A stretch of DNA of 64,000 bases from NCBI GenBank assembly GCA_044228975.1, contig JBGATX010000002.1, positions 31,122-95,121 on the forward strand. The letters run 5' to 3'. This DNA is from Planctomycetota bacterium. GTDB lineage: Bacteria; Planctomycetota; UBA1135; GCA-002686595. Position numbers and translations under genes: made by a program. Positions within the stretch are counted from its first letter, which is position 1. Each line of letters begins with the position of its first letter. Below are positions 27,501-35,440 of this stretch, one piece after another. The notes beneath the pieces are model-generated. The model had not been told where the DNA came from. It saw nothing but the letters and a program-made list of their open reading frames with translations, and did no database searches.

Positions 27501-27993
27501 CGAGCGCACCGAGCAGCGCGTCGCGGCGTTGCGCGAGACGTCCGGGAAAGAGCAGGGCCGCGACGTCGGTGAGGCCCAGCAGGAGCGGCGCGGGAGTCTC
27601 GGCGCTCTCGAAGTGCGCGCGCCAGGTGTGGAACGAGGCCGCGTCGGGCACGACCAGCGGCCCCGCGCCGATGAATCGGCGCAGTTCTCGCCACAGCTCC
27701 GCCGCGGGCGGCGCATCGAGGACCGCGCGCGCGTCCTCCCCGAAGCGCTCGATCGAGCGGGCGATCTCCGCCGGCGTGGCTTTCGGCCAGCCGCACCAGC
27801 GATCGAAGCTCTCCCACGTGCCGTCGACGCCGCGACGCCGCGCGAGGACGCGCACGAGCTGGTCCGTGACCGGATCGGGTCCGCTCGTCCACACGATCGC
27901 GAAGCCCAGCTGCCCGAGATCGGACTCCAGCCAGGCCGCGTCGGGCTTCGTGTGGGGCGCGCGCGGGACGATCACGGGCGCGCATTTCACCAT
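24550..27993 (-). CDS. dinG: DinG/Rad3-family ATP-dependent DNA helicase, long form (~1147 aa)
   Basis: ATG 27993 within track ORF 24550..28335. Walker A VHAPTGTGKTLAYL, DEAH-like VFDECEHL, C-terminal helicase motifs (VLFTN, FWYGADFPG, VIVKLPY), and an acidic tail ending LDIPFEDLPY. Confidence 0.85.
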   Translation of the reverse strand: MVKCAPVIVPRAPHTKPDAAWLESDLGQLGFAIVWTSGPDPVTDQLVRVLARRRGVDGTWESFDRWCGWPKATPAEIARSIERFGEDARAVLDAPPAAELWRELRRFIGAGPLVVPDAASFHTWRAHFESAETPAPLLLGLTDVAALLFPGRLAQRRDALLGALVEPTQGAGPEAFGPDDLALATHELARRFLERDEDSLRLCVLALQRVWERFGVEDRCARHTLNLALSLVEQRDVWFEDAAPASARLGRRLQLLCASSPPLEDLIEVLRPGCAREMERWRTLEILPPDLDEPAPFASDDHALLDQLFKRHIPELFAAAGDSGVYRESQHAVARAVARTLGVRELLLVHAPTGTGKTLAYLVPALLWARRHGVRVGIATYTRALQEQALDRDVPRALAALGRAGIAPGTRVSVLKGRENYLCWRALRAAAPEEDDDAATWLAWEQLCVFALTDIEGDLDRLPLGAPLALADRDAYSRALSAFVRGARAQTGCCTQRDDRDTCAADVARARAQRSHVVIVNHAFALARQEFFRHLVFDECEHLHEQAHSAWSHDVSFRDMRGLLARLSHPELERSRALLDRFERQLLAGTPAHACVGACLEAWNDADTALESLEDAAIEFDGWRAEQSRSREARDDHSLLREYVQTEGQTLLVDARKNFTEHWSRLEVALAELAERLDGLPLRGLPRARRNLDEIRTQLSTTLAAVHAWLPLDEGKPAFRPRTFYDVDRDARGNLALASRVLLPNEFLGSSYYPLLSSGVFLSATTFLQGGFEAAQAYLGLDRAAAPGPNETRPPCVVRTFRAPEVFDYSRVLVAVPRDAPPAQGDKDAFLDYVRRFIAHLAERTRGRMLVLFTNAQDTQRVGEELQGFLRARSIPLWFQNMQGSVKEELSELFRARVDSVLLGVDTFWYGADFPGETLEYLVIVKLPYGVPDRYHHAQCAALGIGEQRRRIYLPRALSKFRQGFGRLMRREGDRGCVFVLDARVLEPRHRFFLKELPIERPFEPAQGASGRDELAPERRARFVRGDTDLCVREALRHMGLLDGLKERGFAANFADSAPRRAHTALVAGRDAPEAEAQLDFDAPRVDLGDRDDDDGAPPRAAATSSPPAPASTRESEDTHPTDAAARQRARRDAEHPLDIPFEDLPY

Positions 27994-28314
27994 CTCTACC
28001 AGGCATGCGCAGGCGCGGCTCGACCGGGCGCACGCAGGCGCGGCGTGTTCGCGCGCGTGCCGAGCGCGCGCGGGTGAGGCGGCCCGAGCCGCCGATTTCT
28101 TGCGTCGCTTGGATTCGCTCTCGCGGAGGAGCTCGCGAGGCTCGGATCGGGCACCTCGAGCGCGCGCTCGAACGGCGCCCGCGCGGAGCGGCAAGCCGTT
28201 GCGGAGCAACGCATTACCCGGTCCGCCGTGGCTGCCTCGCGCGCCCGCGCTCTCGCGTGCGCGCGTGCGCGCATGAGCGCACGAGGCCGGCGCGAGGTCC
28301 ATCCGACGCCGCGC

Positions 28315-28342
28315 TTGACTCGCCCGCTCCACCACCTATTTA
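28315..28342 (+). promoter_or_regulatory. candidate sigma-70 promoter for topA
   Basis: TTGACT (28315-28320), 16-nt spacer, TATTTA (28337-28342). This is an AT-rich island in GC-rich DNA about 50 nt upstream of the topA ATG. Confidence 0.4.
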
Positions 28343-28393
28343 TGGCGCCCCCTCCCGGTACCCGATCTCCCTGCGGAACCGTTGAGCACGCTG

Positions 28394-30985
28394 ATGGCCA
28401 AATCCACTTCCAAGCCCACGACGAAGACGACCGAGGCCGCGACGCCCGCTGCTCCGCGCAAGGCGAGCGCGAAGGCGCCGGCCAAGGCGCCCCGCAAGTC
28501 GGCCAAGGCGATCAAGGAGGTCGAGGTCGAGGAGCCGCTCACGCCCGAGGAGCTCGAGGCCGAGAAGCTCGTGCGCGGCAAGAAGCTCGTCATCGTCGAG
28601 AGCCCGGCCAAGGCCAAGACGATCAACAAGTACCTGGGCAAGGACTTCGTGGTGCGCGCCTCGATGGGTCACATCCGCGACCTGCCCAAGGGCAAGCTCG
28701 GCATCGACATCGAGCACGGCTTCAAGCCCGCGTACACGACCATCGCGGGCAAGACGAAGGTCGTGAGCGAGCTCAAGCGTCTGGCCGACAAGGCGCCGCA
28801 GGTCTACCTCGCTCCCGACTTGGACCGCGAGGGAGAGGCGATCGCCTGGCACCTGTTCGAGCTCCTGCAGGTGGACGCGTCGAAGGTCTACCGCGTCGTG
28901 TTCAACGAGATCACGAAGAAGGCGATCCTCGAGGCCTTCGAGCACCCCGGCAAGCTCAACATGGACAAGGTCGATGCGCAGCAGGCGCGGCGCGTGCTCG
29001 ACCGCATCATGGGGTACAAGCTCTCGCCGCTCCTGTGGAAGAAGATCGCCAAGGGTCTCTCCGCCGGGCGCGTGCAGTCGGTCGCCGTGCGCCTGATCGT
29101 CGAGCGCGAGAAGGAGATCCGCGCGTTCATCAAGGAAGAGTACTGGCGCGTCACGGCGCACTTCTCCGTCGACGGCCAGACCTTCGACGCCGAGCTGCGG
29201 CGCCTCGGTGAAGAGCGCATCGACAAGAACCTCGACGAGGCGCGCGCTCGCGGTCTCGTGGCGCGCATCGGGAAGCAATCGCTCGAGCTCGTCGAGATCG
29301 AGAACAAGCCCAAGACGCGCCGCCCGACGCCGCCGTTCACGACCAGCCAGCTGCAGCAGAAGGCGTCGACGATGCTGCGCTTCTCGGCCAAGAAGACGAT
29401 GATGCTCGCGCAGCAGCTCTACGAGGGCGTCGAGCTGCCCGGCGAGGGCTCCGTCGGTCTGATCACGTACATGCGCACCGACTCGGTGCGCGTGTCGGAG
29501 GACGCGCTGACGCAGGTGCGCGACGTCATCGCGAAGCGCTTCGGCGAGGCCTACGTGCCCGAGAAGGCGCACCTCTACACGGGCAAGGCGAAGGGCGCGC
29601 AGGAAGCGCACGAAGCGATCCGCCCGACCGACGCGGCGCGCACGCCCGAGGCGGTGCGCGGTGCGCTCACGACGGATCAGCACAAGCTCTACACGCTGAT
29701 CTGGAACAAGTTCGTCGCCAGCCAGATGAAGCCGTCCGCTTCGACGATCACCACGGCGGTGTTCCAGAACGGCGACGCGCGTTTCGTCGCGCAGGGCGAG
29801 GTGCAGCTCTTCGACGGGCACCTGCGCGTGTTCGACATCCAGGCCTCGGTGGGCGGTCAGAGCGAGGAGAAGGACGCCGAGAGCAAGCTCGAGCAGTCGC
29901 TGCCGAAGAGTCTCGCGCTCCACGAGCGCTACACGCCGGGCGCGATCGATCCCACGCAGCACTTCACGCAGCCGCCGCCGCGCTACAGCGAGGCGACGCT
30001 GGTGAAGGAGCTCGAGAAGAAGGGCATCGGGCGTCCCTCGACGTACGCCACCATCATCTCGACCATCCAGGATCGCGGCTACGTGAACCTGGAGCAGCGA
30101 CGCTTCGCCGCCACGGAGCTGGGCGAGATCGTCACCGAGCAGCTCGTCGCGCACTTCGGCGACGTGATCAACTCCGACTTCACGTCGAGCATGGAAGCCG
30201 ACCTCGACCGCATCGAGAGCGGCGAGAAGAAGTGGGAGGGCGTCGTGCGCACCTTCCACGACGTGTTCATCGCGGACTTGGCCAAGGCCGAGAAGGCGAT
30301 GACGAACATCAAGCTCAACCCGACGCTCTCGGACAAGCTCTGCGACAAGTGCGGCGCGCCGATGGCGATCCTGTTCAACAAGCGCGGGAAGTTCCTCGGC
30401 TGCTCGAAGTACCCCGAGTGCCGCAACACGATGTCGATGGACGGACCGCGCGAGAAGAGCGAGGTCGTCGAGACCGACAAGAAGTGCGAGAAGTGCGAGA
30501 AGCCGATGGTGATCCGCACGGGCAGCCGCGGGCGCTTCATGGCCTGCACGGGCTTCCCCAAGTGCCGCAACACCTACTCGGTCGACGACAACGGCGAGCC
30601 GTTGAAGCCGAAGGAGACCGGCATCGCCTGCGACAAGTGCAGCTCGCCGATGATCATCAAGGGCTCCAAGCGCGGACCGTTCCTGGCGTGCTCGGCGTAT
30701 CCCAAGTGCCGCAACGCCAAGCCGCTGCCCGAGGAGCTGCGCGAGAAGCCCGTCGAGACCGGCGAGATCTGCGACAAGTGCGGCGCGCCGATGATCTTGA
30801 AGAAGACGCGCTGGGGTAAGGACTTCCTCGCGTGCTCGGCGTATCCGAAGTGCAAGAACGCCCGCGATCCGAAGAAGCCCGGAGACGATGGCGGCGCGCT
30901 GCCCGCGGCCGTCGCCGCGGCGGACGAGGGCGACGAGTCCCCGGCCGCCATCGATCCGAACGTCACGCCGCAGAGCGACGACTGA
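28394..30985 (+). CDS. topA: DNA topoisomerase I with four C-terminal C4 zinc ribbons and a basic Ala/Lys/Pro N-terminal extension
   Basis: KKLVIVESPAKAKTINKYLG (Toprim), DLDREGEAIAWH, active-site region GLITYMRTDS, and repeated C..C...C..C zinc-finger units. ATG 28394 is preferred over the TTG at 28382. Confidence 0.95.
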   Translation: MAKSTSKPTTKTTEAATPAAPRKASAKAPAKAPRKSAKAIKEVEVEEPLTPEELEAEKLVRGKKLVIVESPAKAKTINKYLGKDFVVRASMGHIRDLPKGKLGIDIEHGFKPAYTTIAGKTKVVSELKRLADKAPQVYLAPDLDREGEAIAWHLFELLQVDASKVYRVVFNEITKKAILEAFEHPGKLNMDKVDAQQARRVLDRIMGYKLSPLLWKKIAKGLSAGRVQSVAVRLIVEREKEIRAFIKEEYWRVTAHFSVDGQTFDAELRRLGEERIDKNLDEARARGLVARIGKQSLELVEIENKPKTRRPTPPFTTSQLQQKASTMLRFSAKKTMMLAQQLYEGVELPGEGSVGLITYMRTDSVRVSEDALTQVRDVIAKRFGEAYVPEKAHLYTGKAKGAQEAHEAIRPTDAARTPEAVRGALTTDQHKLYTLIWNKFVASQMKPSASTITTAVFQNGDARFVAQGEVQLFDGHLRVFDIQASVGGQSEEKDAESKLEQSLPKSLALHERYTPGAIDPTQHFTQPPPRYSEATLVKELEKKGIGRPSTYATIISTIQDRGYVNLEQRRFAATELGEIVTEQLVAHFGDVINSDFTSSMEADLDRIESGEKKWEGVVRTFHDVFIADLAKAEKAMTNIKLNPTLSDKLCDKCGAPMAILFNKRGKFLGCSKYPECRNTMSMDGPREKSEVVETDKKCEKCEKPMVIRTGSRGRFMACTGFPKCRNTYSVDDNGEPLKPKETGIACDKCSSPMIIKGSKRGPFLACSAYPKCRNAKPLPEELREKPVETGEICDKCGAPMILKKTRWGKDFLACSAYPKCKNARDPKKPGDDGGALPAAVAAADEGDESPAAIDPNVTPQSDD

Positions 30986-31016
30986 GCGCGCGTCCCACGG
31001 CGCGCTCGACGCCTTC

Positions 31017-31047
31017 GGCGGGGCTTTCTAGAATGCCCCGCCTTTTT
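31017..31047 (+). terminator. rho-independent terminator of topA
   Basis: Stem GGCGGGGC/GCCCCGCC (31017-31024 and 31035-31042), 10-nt loop, then TTTTT (31043-31047). Confidence 0.7.
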
Positions 31048-31142
31048 CGGCTTCCGATCCGGTCCGTGATCCACGGTCCGCGCGGCGGTCGTCCTCGAAC
31101 CCCACATCCGCGATCCCGCCGGGTCGTTGCGTCTGCCCTCCG

Positions 31143-32207
31143 ATGGAAATCAACGAGATCGAAGTCGCCGGCTACGAGAAGGTCGTGCGCTGCCGCGAGC
31201 GCAAGTCCGGACTGCACGCGCTGATCGCCGTGCACGACACGACGCTCGGGCCCGCGCTCGGCGGCATGCGCATGCTGCCCTACGCGTCGGAGGACGAAGC
31301 GCTCTTCGACGTGCTGCGCCTGTCGAAGGGCATGACGCACAAGTCGGCCGTCGCCGAGTCGGGGCTGGGCGGCGGCAAGTCGGTGATCATCGGCGATCCC
31401 AAGACGCTCAAGTCGCCGGCCTTGTTCAAGGCGATGGGGCGCTTCATCGACTCGCTCGACGGCCAGTACATCACCGCCGAGGACATGAACATCGGCATCC
31501 CCGACCTCGAGGTCGTGCGCACGGAGACGAAGTGGGTCACGGGGCTCTCGCGCGAGTCGGGCAGCTCGGGCAATCCGAGTCCCTACACGGCGAAGGGCTG
31601 CCTCGTCGGTCTGCGCGCGACGCTCGAGGAGGTCTGGGGCAAGGCCGACTTCAAGGGCAAGCGCTTCCTCGTCCAGGGCGTCGGCGCGGTCGGCGGTCGT
31701 CTCGCGGCGCTGCTCAAGGCCGAAGGCGCGCACGTCGTGATCTGCGACATCAACGAGGACCGCGTCGCGCAGCTCAAGAAGGAGCACGGCTACGAGGTCG
31801 TGCCCGACAAGGGTCACGTCGAAGTCGCCTGCGACGTGTACGTGCCGTGCGCGCGCGGAGCCGGCCTCAACGACGACACGATCCCGCGCTTGAAGTGCCG
31901 CGCGATCGGCGGCGCGGCGAACAACCAGCTGCTCGATCCCGCCAAGCACGGCCGCGACCTGATCCAACGCAACATCGTCTACGCGCCGGATTTCGTGATC
32001 AACGCCGGCGGCATCATCAACGTGTCGGTCGAGCTCCTGCCCGGCGGCTACGACGAGGGCGCGTCGTACCGCAAGATCGAGCGCATCTACGACAACATGA
32101 AGCGCGTGTTCGAGATCTCGCGCAAGGAGCGCGTGCCGACCAACGAGGCGGCCGTGCGCCTGGCCGAGGAACGCGTCGCGGCGGGCAAGAAGGCGCAGAA
32201 GCGCTGA
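31143..32207 (+). CDS. ldh: leucine dehydrogenase (Glu/Leu/Phe/Val dehydrogenase family)
   Basis: ALGGMRM, MTHKSAVAESGLGGGKSVI (catalytic Lys region), Rossmann VQGVGAVGGRLA, GGAANNQL. Confidence 0.9.
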   Translation: MEINEIEVAGYEKVVRCRERKSGLHALIAVHDTTLGPALGGMRMLPYASEDEALFDVLRLSKGMTHKSAVAESGLGGGKSVIIGDPKTLKSPALFKAMGRFIDSLDGQYITAEDMNIGIPDLEVVRTETKWVTGLSRESGSSGNPSPYTAKGCLVGLRATLEEVWGKADFKGKRFLVQGVGAVGGRLAALLKAEGAHVVICDINEDRVAQLKKEHGYEVVPDKGHVEVACDVYVPCARGAGLNDDTIPRLKCRAIGGAANNQLLDPAKHGRDLIQRNIVYAPDFVINAGGIINVSVELLPGGYDEGASYRKIERIYDNMKRVFEISRKERVPTNEAAVRLAEERVAAGKKAQKR

Positions 32208-32234
32208 ACGCGCGTCACGCTGCCTCAAACACGC

Positions 32235-32268
32235 GAGCCCCGGCACAGGTCCGGGGCTCGTTCGTTTC
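32235..32268. terminator. candidate bidirectional terminator between convergent ldh and the kinase-like gene
   Basis: Perfect 9-bp stem GAGCCCCGG/CCGGGGCTC (32235-32243 and 32251-32259), 7-nt loop, followed by GTTCGTTTCC. Confidence 0.6.
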
Positions 32269-32283
32269 CGCGATCGCGCGCTC

Positions 32284-33210
32284 TCACTCCTTGCGCAGGA
32301 AGTCGACCAGGTCGCGCTCGAGCTCGACGAGGCCGTAGTCGGGCACCGTCAGGCAGCGATACACGATGCGCGCGAGCGCATCGGGCGTGTTCGGGTTGAG
32401 GTCCTTCGGCGGCGGGTAGGAGAGGAAGTAGGAGAGGCTCATGCGCTCCACTTCTCCGCCTTGCTCGCGGCCCGCGTACTGCCAAGGCACTTCATCGAAG
32501 GGCAGCACGCCGGTCAGGATCTCGTAGAGCATGATCCCGATGCCCATCACGTCGGCCTTGCTGTCGCGCAAGAGCAACGGGTTGTAGTGCGGCGTCGTCG
32601 TGATCACGCCGCGCTCGTCGACGCGCAGCGCCGGATCGATCATCACGACCGAGCCCGAGGGCTTGATCACGATGTTCTCGGGCTTCAGGTCGCCGTGGTA
32701 GGCGAGCTGGCCGGCCTTGGCGAGCTTCTGCAGCGTGCGCACGATCGTCAGGAACCAGTTGAGACGGATGCCTTCGAGCGCGCGGATCTTCTCGCGCAGC
32801 GTCTTGCCGCGCGCGAACTCCATCGCGAGCACGGGGCGGCCTTCGTGCACGAAGCACTCGCGCAACTGCACGACGTTCGGGTTCTTCAGCGGACCGAGCA
32901 GCGTCGCTTCGCTGCGCAGGAGATCGTCGATCTCGTGCACGTCGAGGAAGTCGATGCGCACTCCGTCCTGGCGGAAGAAGATCGCCTCGGCCGGCGTCTC
33001 GTCGGGGCTGATGCCCTCGGGACGGCGCTGGCTGGTGATCTCCAGGAAGCGCGTCACGTAACGGCCGCCGCCAGCGACGTCGCCGATCTTCAGCGCGACC
33101 TTGTGACCTTCCGCGTCCTCGGCGAGGTAGACGAGCGCGAAACCGCCTCGAGCCAGGAACTCGAGGACGCGGTAGGAGCCGATGCGCTCGCCTGCTTCCA
33201 GCTTGATCAT
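32284..33210 (-). CDS. stand-alone atypical protein kinase-like protein
   Basis: 308 aa. YRVLEFLARGGFALVYLA, VALK, HGDLKPENIV (HRD-like), IDPA in place of DFG. No TM or sensor domain. Confidence 0.75.
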   Translation of the reverse strand: MIKLEAGERIGSYRVLEFLARGGFALVYLAEDAEGHKVALKIGDVAGGGRYVTRFLEITSQRRPEGISPDETPAEAIFFRQDGVRIDFLDVHEIDDLLRSEATLLGPLKNPNVVQLRECFVHEGRPVLAMEFARGKTLREKIRALEGIRLNWFLTIVRTLQKLAKAGQLAYHGDLKPENIVIKPSGSVVMIDPALRVDERGVITTTPHYNPLLLRDSKADVMGIGIMLYEILTGVLPFDEVPWQYAGREQGGEVERMSLSYFLSYPPPKDLNPNTPDALARIVYRCLTVPDYGLVELERDLVDFLRKE

Positions 33211-33570
33211 GGGGGGGGGCCGGGGGGCGACGGCCGAAGCCTCTTTCGGGCGACCATGGGCACGGATTGAGGGAATCCCTCAGGCGACGGGAGTGTTCTC
33301 CGCAGGATGCGGCGCGGATGGAGCAGGGCAGTCGGAGACTCTTTCCCCGCGCGTGCGTCGCTGTGCGCACGCCGCACGCGCAAGGACCCGCGTGCGAGGC
33401 CGTGGGCCGCGATTCCCGCACTCGCGAGCTTCGAGCGCGGTGCCTCGCGAGGTGCGGCCCACGAACGGGAGGCACCCAAGGGAAACGGCTCCGAAATAGG
33501 GAGCTCGTCGCGCTCGCCGCTGCGGTGCGCGGAGTTCAGCGCGGCGCACGGCCGCGGCGGATCAGCGGCC

Positions 33571-33654
33571 TCAACAGCCGCCGCGCCGGCCGAAGATCAG
33601 CGCGAGCGCGACGATCGTCGCGGCAACGAGCAGGGCTTGGAGCGGGACGTTCAT
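33571..33654 (-). CDS. possible 27-aa hydrophobic micropeptide
   Basis: MNVPLQALLVAATIVALALIFGRRGGC. 23 of 26 codons after the ATG end in G or C. An alternative ATG at 33669 adds MQAHV. No clear SD. Speculative. Confidence 0.25.
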   Translation of the reverse strand: MNVPLQALLVAATIVALALIFGRRGGC

Positions 33655-33851
33655 GACGTGGGCCTGCATCGAGAGTAACTCGGACGCGCGTGTTCGCCAG
33701 CGACGCGGCTCGCGCAGCGTGCGCAGCTCGCGCGAAGCGGACCGACGCGTTCGCGCCGGTCGTCGTCGCGTCGAGCGGTGCTCGAGTTCGTCCGTGGAGC
33801 GCCGCGAGCTCCACCGAGTTTCAGGGGAGCTCGACGAGCTCCGCCGGTTCG

Positions 33852-34253
33852 TCAGTGGAGCTCTGCGAGCTCCACTGGGGCTCGACAACCCAGGATCGCC
33901 GCGACGCCTTGCGGGACCGTGCCTGACACGAGCCACTCGGGCTCACTCGCATGCGGCCGGTAGCGCCATGCGCGTCCCTGCGCGTCGATCAGGCCGAGAT
34001 CCTGGCGCTCGAGGCTCTGCACCAGGAAAAAAAAGCGCGCGGGCTGCTCGCTCGTCTCGTGGCGCACGACGAAACCGATCGTGGCGCCCTCCGCCCGAGC
34101 TTCCCAGCTTTGCGTGCGGTGCGAACGCGTCACCACCGCGTCCAGTCCACCCGCGGGCACGCTGCGTTCGCTCGTGCGGCAGCCGCACGCGAGCGCGCCG
34201 AGCGCAAGGACCATCCAGGCGCGGCGCGAACGAGGAATGGAGCCGGGGTGCAC
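33852..34253 (-). CDS. small lipoprotein, function unknown
   Basis: In-frame GTG 34253 gives (M)HPGSIPRSRRAWMVLALGALACGC, a lipobox signal (alternative ATG 34214). The mature part is non-repetitive. Contains an unusual TTTTTTTT run. Confidence 0.5.
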   Translation of the reverse strand: MHPGSIPRSRRAWMVLALGALACGCRTSERSVPAGGLDAVVTRSHRTQSWEARAEGATIGFVVRHETSEQPARFFFLVQSLERQDLGLIDAQGRAWRYRPHASEPEWLVSGTVPQGVAAILGCRAPVELAELH

Positions 34254-34401
34254 GCGAGCGACTATCGGCCATCGCGCGCCGGCGATCAACGCCGCTGTCG
34301 CGCGCGGGCCCGCGAACGGTCCGGGAGCTCGTTCGCGTCCCGGATCCCGATCGCGAGCGGGCTTCGTTGGAACGTCGAGCTCGCACGCGTATCCTCCTCG
34401 C

Positions 34402-35295
34402 GTGGAACAACAAGCTCTCGAGTGCTTCCGCAAGGCCGGACGCATCGCCTCGGAGTGCCGTGAATGGGCTCGCGAGAACATCCGACCCGGCGTGCGCATC
34501 CGCCACGTGCTCGAGACCATCGAGGAGCGCATCCGCGCGCGCGGCGCCGCGCCGGGATTTCCGGCGCAGTCGAGCCGCAATTACGTCGCCGCGCACTACT
34601 GCTCGAGCCCCGAGGACGAGCAAACCTACGAGGAAGGCGACTGCGTCAAGGTCGACATCGGCGTGCACGTCGACGGCTACGTCGCCGACACCGCGGCTTC
34701 GGTCGACTTGTCCGCCGACAAACGCTGGACGCCGCTCGTCGAGGCGTCGCGCAACGCGCTCGCCGCCGCGATCGTGACGATCCGCGACGGCGTGCCGGTC
34801 GGCGACATCGGTGCCGCGATCGAGCGCACGATCGTCAAGGCGGGCTTCCAGCCCGTGCGCAATCTCACGGGTCACGGTCTCGGGCGCTGGAAGGTGCACA
34901 CTGCGCCGCAGATCCCCAACTACGGCGAACGCGGCGGCGGAACGCTGCGCTCGGGGATGGTGTTCGCCATCGAACCGTTCGCCAGCACCGGACGCGGCTA
35001 CATCCGCGAAGCCGGCAAGGCCGAGGTGTTCATGCTCGTGCGACCGCCGGTGAAGGCCAAGGGTCTCGATCGCGAGGTGTTGAAGGCGATCGAGAGCTGG
35101 CGCGGGCTCCCGATCGCACGGCGCTACTTCACGCACCTCGATCGCGCGCTCGTCGAGGACACGCTGGCGAAGCTCGCGCGCCAGGGCTCGCTCGTGCGCT
35201 ATCCGCCGCTGGTCGAGGACGACGGCGTGATGGTCGCGCAGTACGAGCACTCGATCTACCTCGGGCCGGAGGGCGCCGAGGTGTTGACGGCCTGA
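34402..35295 (+). CDS. map: type II (archaeal/eukaryotic-type) methionine aminopeptidase
   Basis: In-frame GTG 34402 gives about 297 aa. AAHY, VKVDIGVHVDGYVADTA, NLTGHGLGRWKVH, MVFAIEPFAS, and VAQYEHSI, plus the type II helical insert (LDREVLKAIESWRGLPIARRYF). Confidence 0.85.
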   Translation: MEQQALECFRKAGRIASECREWARENIRPGVRIRHVLETIEERIRARGAAPGFPAQSSRNYVAAHYCSSPEDEQTYEEGDCVKVDIGVHVDGYVADTAASVDLSADKRWTPLVEASRNALAAAIVTIRDGVPVGDIGAAIERTIVKAGFQPVRNLTGHGLGRWKVHTAPQIPNYGERGGGTLRSGMVFAIEPFASTGRGYIREAGKAEVFMLVRPPVKAKGLDREVLKAIESWRGLPIARRYFTHLDRALVEDTLAKLARQGSLVRYPPLVEDDGVMVAQYEHSIYLGPEGAEVLTA

Positions 35296-35440
35296 GCGAA
35301 CTTGACGCATCGAACGCTTCGCGGCGGAGTGCACGCCAGCCGTCGCGTCGTCACACACTCGGAACGGAGCGCGCGTACCGAGCGAGTCAAAGGGGCGCGC
35401 TCGCTCGGCGAACTCTGACCGGCGTTTCTAGGCTGGCGCG

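Noticed and set aside
24586-28077. 1163-aa plus-strand ORF, and the 1102-aa minus-strand ORF 24725..28033
   Set aside because: These are antisense and out-of-frame shadows of the DinG-like helicase gene. Their translations are Arg-rich junk without helicase or other motifs.
28340-30259. 639-aa minus-strand ORF
   Set aside because: Antisense shadow of topA.
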